Origin: Candidatus Egerieisoma sp. | GTDB lineage: Bacteria > Bacillota > Clostridia > UBA1212 > UBA1255 | Length of the DNA stretch: 58,671 nt | Assembly: GCA_045580735.1 (NCBI GenBank) | Contig: JAZNOJ010000065.1 | Span: forward strand, 1 to 58,671 | Direction: 5' to 3' | Shown here: in pieces, positions 51,051 to 58,671 of the stretch | Layout of the letters: every line of letters starts with the position of its first letter | How positions within the stretch are numbered: position 1 is the stretch's first letter | Notes under the pieces: generated by a model | Seen by the model: the letters and a program-made list of their open reading frames with translations, nothing else | Database searches by the model: none | What the model was told of the DNA's origin: nothing | Translations under genes and position numbers: made by a program

Positions 51051-53492
51051 ATGGTGCCCGAAAAACGCCCTGTTCCAAGAAGAAAAGTTAACAAAAGAAC
51101 ATACGCACAAAAAAATACTGGATTTAAAGTTGCAAAAGGCTTTTGGATATCTCTTAAGGTTTTTTTACGCACTGCTTTTATTGTAGCTATTATTGCTATA
51201 TGTATTGTCTCTGGACTTTTATTAGGAATTGTTGCCGGATGTATTATTACAACCGAGCCACTAACGGAAGAGGAACTAGATGTAACAAACTCTACAGCCC
51301 AAACATCCTTTGTATATGACAGTAAAGGAGTCGAGCTCGTCAGCATTAAAGGTTCTGCTAACGAAAACCGTCAACTAGTCGAATTTGAAGAAGTTCCTAA
51401 GTATTTATCAGATGCTTTTGTTGCCATAGAAGATGAACGATTTTATACCCACGATGGTATTGACCTTAAAAGAACTGTCGCAGCCTTTATAGGATACGTT
51501 GTTCCAAGCTTCGGCAGTCACGGTGGTAGTACCATTACACAGCAGGTTGTAAAAAATGTTACCGGTGATAATTCACGAAGTGTACCTAGAAAGCTTCGCG
51601 AGCAATGGCGCGCCATGTGTCTTGAAAATGAGCTTGAAAAAGATGAAATCATGGAGCTTTATATGAATGTTATATTCATGGGACAAAATCTTTATGGCGT
51701 ACGATCTGCTTCCTTAGCATATTTTAATAAAGATGTAAGTGAGCTTAATTTAGCAGAATGTGCTTTCCTCGCAGGTATTACAAATAGTCCCGGAAAATAT
51801 AATCCACTTACTGTAACGGGGCGTGAAAATTGCTTTGATCGTCAGGTAGATATTTTAGATAAAATGCTTGAATGTGGTTTTATTACAGATATTGAATATA
51901 TAGAAGCAATTCAAAGTGAAATAAAAATTAATGATAATTATAAAAAAGAAATAGCTGCAGCATCTATATACAGCTATTTTGTTGATGCTGTTTTAACAGA
52001 TGTAAAAGAAGCTTTTATCAAGGAAGGATATACTAAAGAAGAAGCTGTAAACTTAATTTATCAAAAAGGTATCAAGATATACACTACACAAAATTCGGCT
52101 ATTCAAAAAATTGTAGACGAGGAATATTGTAACGAAGCAAACTTCCCTGTTAATCATCTTTACTCAGATCCAGATGACATGGCTCAATCCTCCATAGTTA
52201 TTATGGATCAAGCAACAGGTCATGTTCTAGCTATGTACGGAGGATATGGTAAAAAAACACAAAGCTTATCATTCAACTATGCTACAAGTGCTTTAAGACA
52301 GCCTGGTTCAGCCATAAAACCATTATTAGTATATGGACCACTAGTTGACCAGCATGTAATTACTTCTACAAGTATAGTTAATGACCACAAGGTTTACTTA
52401 GACAAGCAAAATCCAGATAAACCTTGGCCTACAAACTCGTATAAGAGCTATTATGGACCAATTTCAATTAAGTACGCATTACAAATTTCATCAAACGTTG
52501 CTGCGGTGCTTTCATACCAAGATCATGTAAAAGATAATTTACTTTATTTAAAGAAGCTTGGAATTGACAGAACAGAAGAAACTCATCTTTCAATGGCATT
52601 AGGTGGTTTCACTACCGGTGTTACAACAGAACAAATGTGTGCTGCATACGTTCCATTTGCTAATGGCGGAACTTTTTATGAGCCAATCACATTTACGCAT
52701 GTAAAGGATGCTGAAGGTAACATTATTTTAATGAATGATGGTAATCCTAAAATAGTCTATGAAAATACTAGCACAGCACCAATAATGACAGATATGCTCA
52801 AAGCAGTTGTAACAGGTGGTACAGGTACCGCTGCTCAAGTCAAAAATGCTCTGGGTCAAAAAATACCCACAGCAGGTAAAACTGGTACTACAACAAGCAA
52901 TTACGACTATTGGTTCTGTGGATATACACCATATTATACATGTGCGGTTTGGTATGGATACGAGATGCAAAAAAGCATGACATCAGCAGAAAAAGGAGCT
53001 GCTACAAAGCTATTTTCAAAGGTAATGAGCAGAATTCATAAGGATTTAGAGCCTATTAATTTTGAAGAGGGTGAAGATTTAAAATATGTAACTGTATGTA
53101 AAAAATCTAACCTTTTGGCTAACGATGCTTGCAAAAAGGCTTCTTGTGCTATAAAAGCATCATTCCCGTCTGATTACGTTCCTAAAAAATATTGTAATGT
53201 TCATAAAGTTGAAGCTACCCCTACAAAATCTTCTGGCTCTACTTTTATTAAAGCTAGTCCAACTCCAAATAATTTAGCAACAGCTAATCCAACTAATACA
53301 CCTGCTGAAAAAACACAGGAAATTGTTGAACCAACTAACACACCGGCAGAGAATACTGATGTTATAACTGAGCCTACTCAAGATATTACGGAAAATACTA
53401 GTGAGCCTATAGAGCCTACACAAACTCCGGAAATTGAAGAAGTAAAGCCCTCAGAAGAACCTGTCGAACAACTAGGTGAGACTAGTACATAA
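51051..53492 (+). CDS. Class A penicillin-binding protein (PBP1A family) with Pro/Thr/Glu-rich tail
   Basis: EDERFYTHDG, GGSTITQQVVKN, SAIK, SSN, KTGT. Confidence 0.95.
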   Translation: MVPEKRPVPRRKVNKRTYAQKNTGFKVAKGFWISLKVFLRTAFIVAIIAICIVSGLLLGIVAGCIITTEPLTEEELDVTNSTAQTSFVYDSKGVELVSIKGSANENRQLVEFEEVPKYLSDAFVAIEDERFYTHDGIDLKRTVAAFIGYVVPSFGSHGGSTITQQVVKNVTGDNSRSVPRKLREQWRAMCLENELEKDEIMELYMNVIFMGQNLYGVRSASLAYFNKDVSELNLAECAFLAGITNSPGKYNPLTVTGRENCFDRQVDILDKMLECGFITDIEYIEAIQSEIKINDNYKKEIAAASIYSYFVDAVLTDVKEAFIKEGYTKEEAVNLIYQKGIKIYTTQNSAIQKIVDEEYCNEANFPVNHLYSDPDDMAQSSIVIMDQATGHVLAMYGGYGKKTQSLSFNYATSALRQPGSAIKPLLVYGPLVDQHVITSTSIVNDHKVYLDKQNPDKPWPTNSYKSYYGPISIKYALQISSNVAAVLSYQDHVKDNLLYLKKLGIDRTEETHLSMALGGFTTGVTTEQMCAAYVPFANGGTFYEPITFTHVKDAEGNIILMNDGNPKIVYENTSTAPIMTDMLKAVVTGGTGTAAQVKNALGQKIPTAGKTGTTTSNYDYWFCGYTPYYTCAVWYGYEMQKSMTSAEKGAATKLFSKVMSRIHKDLEPINFEEGEDLKYVTVCKKSNLLANDACKKASCAIKASFPSDYVPKKYCNVHKVEATPTKSSGSTFIKASPTPNNLATANPTNTPAEKTQEIVEPTNTPAENTDVITEPTQDITENTSEPIEPTQTPEIEEVKPSEEPVEQLGETST

Positions 53493-53506
53493 ATATCAAT
53501 TATATA

Positions 53507-53541
53507 AAAAAAACGGGCTATAATTTTATAGCCCCATTTTT
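53507..53541. terminator. Bidirectional terminator
   Basis: aaaaaaacgggctataa-t-ttatagccccatttttt. Confidence 0.75.
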
Positions 53542-55851
53542 TTATCTTTCCATAAATTCTATAAATTTATTTGTTACTGCTTCACGAGAATATGTCTTAC
53601 TTATTATATTATAATTTTCCAAAAGCTTTTCTGATGTAATTTTATCAAAGTTCAATATTTTATCTAGCAAATCATCGTATGAAGTATAAATAGAACCCTC
53701 TATACCCGATAAGACCTCTCTAGAAGCGACATTATCAGCGCAGAAAAGCATTTTACCATTAAGAATTGCCTCTATATATGGCATACCAAATGAATGCTTT
53801 AAGGTAAAGTCAACAACTGCATCGTGCTTAACAATCTCTGTTTTAGGATTTCCTGTCGATCCACAATAATGAATATAATCTTCCAGCTCCTTACTATATA
53901 CTGTTTTTAAGAACTCATCCAAATAATTACCACTGCCAAATACATCAATGACAATATTGGAGATATTTTTATTTTTTAAAAACTCTGCAAAGCCTATAAG
54001 ATTATTTAAATCTGCTTCTCTTTCTTCACTGATTCGAATTAGATATATTCCCCTAAATATTTTCTCTTTCTCCTCAATATTATCAATATTTTGCGAAATT
54101 AACTCTTCTTTTTTAATAATATCTTCTGCAGAAACACTTCTTAAAGATTCTAAAGCATTACCAATAACTACAAAATCATTATAGTTAGTATAATTTTCAT
54201 TATTTACATAACCAATACGACTCTCTTCAGTTACAAAAGCTGCCTTATCTATAGTTATATTTTTTAGCTTTTCAAAAGCAACAGGATATAAATCTTTTAT
54301 TAATTCTGATGTGCAGTGGAAAAAGCAAATCTTATTTTTAACATTCTCCGAGGTACATTCATTAAAATACAAATGTAATGACTCTCTTGTAGAAACTATA
54401 GTTTTACTCTTAATATTCTTCATAAGTTTTTTCATCTTTAAATTCGTGTATGGCAATAAATATTCCTTGGAACAGTCATAATATATATAACCATAATTTT
54501 TCTTTGTCTTAGGAACAAGGCGCTTTACTAGCTCTGATTTTCTTTTATTACCTTCTATATATAACGGTGTTAAATTTAAGCCGTAGGGCATCCTTCCTGC
54601 TTTATTAGTAGCTTTAAGTGATATAAGCTCAACAAGATAATTCTTTTCCAATAAACCTTCTGCAAGAGAGCGTGTGGCATATACAGTGCCACCTATTCCA
54701 TAGAAATTATAGCCGAAAAATGTAACTTTATTTCTTTGCATTTTGGAAAAATCATTATACATTCTGTCAATATGACCACCACGAACAATATAATCAAAAT
54801 CAATATTTTCAGGTAATTTTGATTTAAAAAATTCGTTGATTGAATAATTTTCAGTTGTTATTACTTTAACGAGTTCACTTACCTTAGAAATAGAATGTGC
54901 TTTTAGTTCTTCTATTGTACAATATAGGCTTCTCTTAGATAAGTATGCTTCTAAATCGGGCTGAAAAAGAATAACTGGTTTATTTAATGTAGTAAAATCA
55001 AAGCCTACTGATGAATAATCGGTAATTAATAAGTCATTTCTTGCCAGTTCATCTAATACATCAATTTTAGAGGCGTGAACAAACTTTATTTTATCTGTTT
55101 TACATGCTTCCTTAAAAATATTTATCTTATTTTCATCAAAAAATTGGTGTAAGCAAACAGTAATGGTCGAATTTGTGTTTTCTAAATATTGTGCAAGCTC
55201 TTCATTTTCGAATACTGAACACATTTGCATCATATAAATATTAGTTCTAAAATTTCTACCAAAATATTCTCTCCAAGTCGGAAACCATAATATATTTTTA
55301 CCTGATTTATCTGTTTTATGATAATCAATATGTCTTTTAACTAATTCTATATATCTAGGTGGATACTCACCATAGTACAATTGATAATCCTTAAAATCAT
55401 TTTTTTGCATGAAGACTTGCTTGATTTCTTTATTGTAATATAAAAATTTAAAGAAATTATTATTGTATCCCCAACCCTTATATCCCAAGCTTTTAATACC
55501 TAATGTACCATGTTGTAAATAAATAATTGGTTTCATAATTGCAAAATCTAGCTTTTTCCACATAAATTTGTCAGGAGTAACATCTTTGTAGCTTAATGTA
55601 ACAAAGAAAATATCTGCATTTTGAAAAAGCATATGATGCTTTATACTGTTTCTCCAAACAACAAACTCTTTTTCTTTTTTGTTTAAAGAATTATACATCG
55701 CTAAGTTTGCTTCATTCTTCGCTAAAATTATATATTTATCTATATCATCGTCAATAAGACAAACATGACGCCAAAAATAATACGAATTATTGTTTGATGT
55801 TTCTGAAACATTTTCTCCAAAAAGCCATATAAATTTATTTGTATTTTTCAT
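53542..55851 (-). CDS. TagF-like CDP-glycerol/polyol phosphotransferase fused to a C-terminal GT-B glycosyltransferase
   Basis: YLQHG, PTWRE, LITDYSSVGFDF in the N-half. GIGGT..LAEGL and SFGMPYIEAI in the C-half. Confidence 0.82.
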   Translation of the reverse strand: MKNTNKFIWLFGENVSETSNNNSYYFWRHVCLIDDDIDKYIILAKNEANLAMYNSLNKKEKEFVVWRNSIKHHMLFQNADIFFVTLSYKDVTPDKFMWKKLDFAIMKPIIYLQHGTLGIKSLGYKGWGYNNNFFKFLYYNKEIKQVFMQKNDFKDYQLYYGEYPPRYIELVKRHIDYHKTDKSGKNILWFPTWREYFGRNFRTNIYMMQMCSVFENEELAQYLENTNSTITVCLHQFFDENKINIFKEACKTDKIKFVHASKIDVLDELARNDLLITDYSSVGFDFTTLNKPVILFQPDLEAYLSKRSLYCTIEELKAHSISKVSELVKVITTENYSINEFFKSKLPENIDFDYIVRGGHIDRMYNDFSKMQRNKVTFFGYNFYGIGGTVYATRSLAEGLLEKNYLVELISLKATNKAGRMPYGLNLTPLYIEGNKRKSELVKRLVPKTKKNYGYIYYDCSKEYLLPYTNLKMKKLMKNIKSKTIVSTRESLHLYFNECTSENVKNKICFFHCTSELIKDLYPVAFEKLKNITIDKAAFVTEESRIGYVNNENYTNYNDFVVIGNALESLRSVSAEDIIKKEELISQNIDNIEEKEKIFRGIYLIRISEEREADLNNLIGFAEFLKNKNISNIVIDVFGSGNYLDEFLKTVYSKELEDYIHYCGSTGNPKTEIVKHDAVVDFTLKHSFGMPYIEAILNGKMLFCADNVASREVLSGIEGSIYTSYDDLLDKILNFDKITSEKLLENYNIISKTYSREAVTNKFIEFMER

Positions 55852-55859
55852 AATATTAC

Positions 55860-56855
55860 TTACCTTTCAAATGATGATTTATTAGTTAACAATTTATCAA
55901 ATGACTGTATTAACAACTTTTTCTTTCTTTCAAAATCAAGTGTTTTTTCTGTATCGTTGGCACAAACCATACAATAATGACCGTTTTCTATATCTTTACA
56001 CAATTCATCGAAATTATCCTCACTTATATGATGACATTTTGCGAACCTATCACTACGAACAATAAAATTACCTGATGCTAATTGCCAAAATTTCATAACC
56101 CATTGATTAACATCGCCTATTTGACGAAATTTATTTGAGCAAGTCGCATCTAATATATCATATTCCTTCATCCAGACCTCATTAAATGTTGACTTCAGAA
56201 AACTATTCGGCGTGTGTTGATAATAAATTCCAGGAAACCAATGCCATAAAGAAAGCAATATAGTGCGAATACAATTTTTCTTTCCATTTTTTATATTTAT
56301 CCATTTAGAAAAATTATCCTTTATACTTTTTTTAAAATTAAAATTATTATTAATAACTACTAAATCTGCGCCATGATAATGTGCGGCAGTATCCTTATTA
56401 AAATATATTGTATTAAGTGCAGCAGTATCTAACGGAATACCATCTTTAAAAAAATCTGTCTTAATGGTGGGAGCAGTTAAAAACATATCATCGTTAAAAT
56501 AAACAAACTGTTCGGAAAGTCCTTCAATTCTATGTAAATTTAACTCAATAGAATGAGAGCTAAATGTGGGCAGATATTTATTTGGAATAAAATCCTCATG
56601 TTTGACAATATTAAGCTTTGGATGATCAGTATTAAGCCATTCAGGAACATGCCCCCATGTAACAAAATGGATCTTATTTACCCACGGTGCAAATTTCTCG
56701 ACACCTCTAAACCAATAATTAAGATTATCCCAATCACGAAATCTAATAGAATTATCACCAGTTTTTGATGTGGCATTATATTTATTTTTCTCTTTTTGCC
56801 ATTCTGGATCATTACCATCAACCCATATTATGACAAAATCAATTTTTTCATCCAT
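55860..56855 (-). CDS. Stealth family hexose-1-phosphate transferase
   Basis: IDFVIIWVDGND (CR1), LPTFSSHSIE and FVYFNDD (CR2), CAND..KSSFE (CR4). Confidence 0.93.
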   Translation of the reverse strand: MDEKIDFVIIWVDGNDPEWQKEKNKYNATSKTGDNSIRFRDWDNLNYWFRGVEKFAPWVNKIHFVTWGHVPEWLNTDHPKLNIVKHEDFIPNKYLPTFSSHSIELNLHRIEGLSEQFVYFNDDMFLTAPTIKTDFFKDGIPLDTAALNTIYFNKDTAAHYHGADLVVINNNFNFKKSIKDNFSKWINIKNGKKNCIRTILLSLWHWFPGIYYQHTPNSFLKSTFNEVWMKEYDILDATCSNKFRQIGDVNQWVMKFWQLASGNFIVRSDRFAKCHHISEDNFDELCKDIENGHYCMVCANDTEKTLDFERKKKLLIQSFDKLLTNKSSFER

Positions 56856-56867
56856 AGAGACCTCTAA

Positions 56868-57599
56868 TTATGACATAAATTTATCATACGCTGGTAAAAC
56901 CTCACTCGCGTCACCAATCATCTTAATCTCACCATCATGTAACCATAATATTGTATCACAGAGTTTCTGTAAAGTATCTGAGCTATGAGAAACAATGATT
57001 ACAGTTCGATCCTTATCACTAATTAATTCTTTCATTTTGGCATAACTCTTTTTCTTAAATTTAACATCACCAACGCTCAAAACCTCATCAATAAGCATAA
57101 TCTCAGTTTCAAGTATAGCTGTAATAGAAAAAGCGAGCTTTGAGTACATACCACTCGAGTATGATTTTACTGGTCTATCAATAAAATCTGCTAATTCGGA
57201 AAATTCAATAATTTGGTCAAGTTTTTCGTCAATTTTTTCTCTAGAAAAACCTAGTAGCATACCAGATAGATATATGTTTTCTCTACCTGTTAACATATTT
57301 TGAAATCCAACACCGATTGAGAGCAAAGAAACAGTGTGCCCGTGTAAATCTATAACACCCTCATCAGGAGAAAAAATACCGGCAATAGCCCTTAATAGAG
57401 TAGATTTACCGCTACCATTTTTACCAACAATCCCAAGAATTTTGCCCTTCTCAACTTCAAAAGAAATACCCTTAACAGCTTCAAAATAATCAGTTTTTAC
57501 CATCTTTTTTCCGCCGGTAATAGCTCTGAAAAAAGAAAGCTTTTTCAAGCATCTATATTTAATTCGGACATCTTTAACAGATATAGAAATTTCTGACAT
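56868..57599 (-). CDS. Polysaccharide/teichoic acid ABC exporter ATPase (Wzt/TagH)
   Basis: GKNGSGKST, YSSGMYSKLAF, DEVLSVGD. Confidence 0.93.
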   Translation of the reverse strand: MSEISISVKDVRIKYRCLKKLSFFRAITGGKKMVKTDYFEAVKGISFEVEKGKILGIVGKNGSGKSTLLRAIAGIFSPDEGVIDLHGHTVSLLSIGVGFQNMLTGRENIYLSGMLLGFSREKIDEKLDQIIEFSELADFIDRPVKSYSSGMYSKLAFSITAILETEIMLIDEVLSVGDVKFKKKSYAKMKELISDKDRTVIIVSHSSDTLQKLCDTILWLHDGEIKMIGDASEVLPAYDKFMS

Positions 57600-57610
57600 A
57601 TACTTCCTCC

Positions 57611-58402
57611 TTAAATTATCTTTACATAGCTATTTTCATATTTGTAAATAATTTTTACACCAATAGCAGAAATAATCAGGCATATAATAAGCCAAAAACC
57701 AAGCATCATAAAATGTGGATCAGATTTATATAAAAGTACATTTCTCATATCAGTCATAATTAATGCAACTGGGTTTCCATATAAGAGTAAATTTGCAATA
57801 AATGGACTTTTGGGATAAATTCTGTCTTGAATAGAAAAGAATATTCCAGAAAGATAAAAAACCAGTTGAAGAACAACTGTAATAACATTTAATAAATCTT
57901 CAATAAAAACGCCAAAATGCAAAATAATTGTACTAAAGGAAAAAGTTACAATAATCAAAAGAATCCAAAGAGGTATAACCCATAAAACTCTATATGAAAT
58001 CGGTACCTGATAAAAAATCATAAAGACAATTGTTAATAAAAATGATACCATCATTTTAAAACCATAAGCACCAATCTTTTCCATAATAAAAATATATTTG
58101 GGTACATAAACCTTTGTTACAATATTTTTATTTGCAGCTACCAGTTTAACACTGCATTTAACTGTTTTATTAAAAAATGTCCAACAATTTAATCCAATAA
58201 AAACAAATACCGGAAAATATGGAACAGTACTGCCAAATACAAATTTAGCTACAAATGTATAAACAAGCATATAAAGTAAAGGATCTAAAAACCACCACAT
58301 CCAACTAAGAAATGAGCCGGCTACCTCAGCCTTTAATTCAGAAGCAGAGGAATAGCATGTAAATCCCCAGAATTTTTTAATATCGGAAAAAAATCTTTTC
58401 AT
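57611..58402 (-). CDS. Polysaccharide/teichoic acid ABC exporter permease (Wzm/TagG)
   Basis: SFLSWMWWFLDPLL, NP motif, about 6 TM. Start moved to ATG 58402. Confidence 0.9.
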   Translation of the reverse strand: MKRFFSDIKKFWGFTCYSSASELKAEVAGSFLSWMWWFLDPLLYMLVYTFVAKFVFGSTVPYFPVFVFIGLNCWTFFNKTVKCSVKLVAANKNIVTKVYVPKYIFIMEKIGAYGFKMMVSFLLTIVFMIFYQVPISYRVLWVIPLWILLIIVTFSFSTIILHFGVFIEDLLNVITVVLQLVFYLSGIFFSIQDRIYPKSPFIANLLLYGNPVALIMTDMRNVLLYKSDPHFMMLGFWLIICLIISAIGVKIIYKYENSYVKII

Positions 58403-58496
58403 AATGTAATTCACTTTCAAACAAATACTTAAATTTAAAACTATCCCTTTAATTTTAACACTATATAGTAATATTTTCAAGTATAACAGATAAAAG

Positions 58497-58525
58497 AAAA
58501 TCCTATGCTATTCGCATAGGATTTT
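58497..58525 (-). terminator. Terminator downstream of 5S rRNA
   Basis: aaaatcctatgc-tattc-gcataggatttt. Confidence 0.85.
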
Positions 58526-58532
58526 CATAAAT

Positions 58533-58648
58533 ACCGGCGGATACATATTTTCACGAGACGTCTCCGTCTAACTATCGTCTGCATCTAGGAGCTTAACTGC
58601 TGTGTTCGGAATGGGAACAGGTGTGTCCTCCTCATTATCTCCACCGGA
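58533..58648 (-). rRNA. rrf: 5S ribosomal RNA
   Basis: Minus strand contains cacctgttcccattccgaacacagcagttaagc, terminal helix ccggtgga/tccgccgg, about 116 nt. Confidence 0.95.
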
Positions 58649-58671
58649 TTTTTTCGGTACTCATCGTACCT

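Noticed and set aside
53215-53490. PT/EPT repeats in the PBP tail
   Set aside because: Ordinary low-complexity disordered tail of clostridial class A PBPs

Overview
AT-rich chromosomal window from a Firmicute (Bacillota), most likely class Clostridia. This is inferred from gene content: reverse rubrerythrin, 2x[4Fe-4S] ferredoxin, hemZ, a gltX+glnS pair, a Firmicute-type Tad locus and Spo0A-box-like motifs. The first ~11 kb is accessory. It holds an unannotated type I toxin-antitoxin-like locus, a PadR/DUF1700/DUF4097 operon, a short MocR regulator, a single gene bounded by exact 48-bp repeats, an SH3-C39-like peptidase, an internally deleted IS200/IS605 element with a tnpA-tnpB fusion, and a GC-richer AlbA/ATPase + broken hsdM islet flanked by IS605 right-end-like repeats. 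About 11-53 kb is mostly housekeeping: tRNA/rRNA modification, ruvABC, queA/tgt/queH, typA, murC, mreB-like, rel, recJ, a two-component system, gltX/glnS, cysK, tRNA-Gln and a class A PBP, plus a small Tad pilus locus. The end carries a surface-polymer locus (Wzm/Wzt, Stealth, TagF-GT fusion) and a 5S rRNA. No CRISPR array or prophage was seen. All product calls come from motif recognition by eye, not database searches, and no finding is established as novel.
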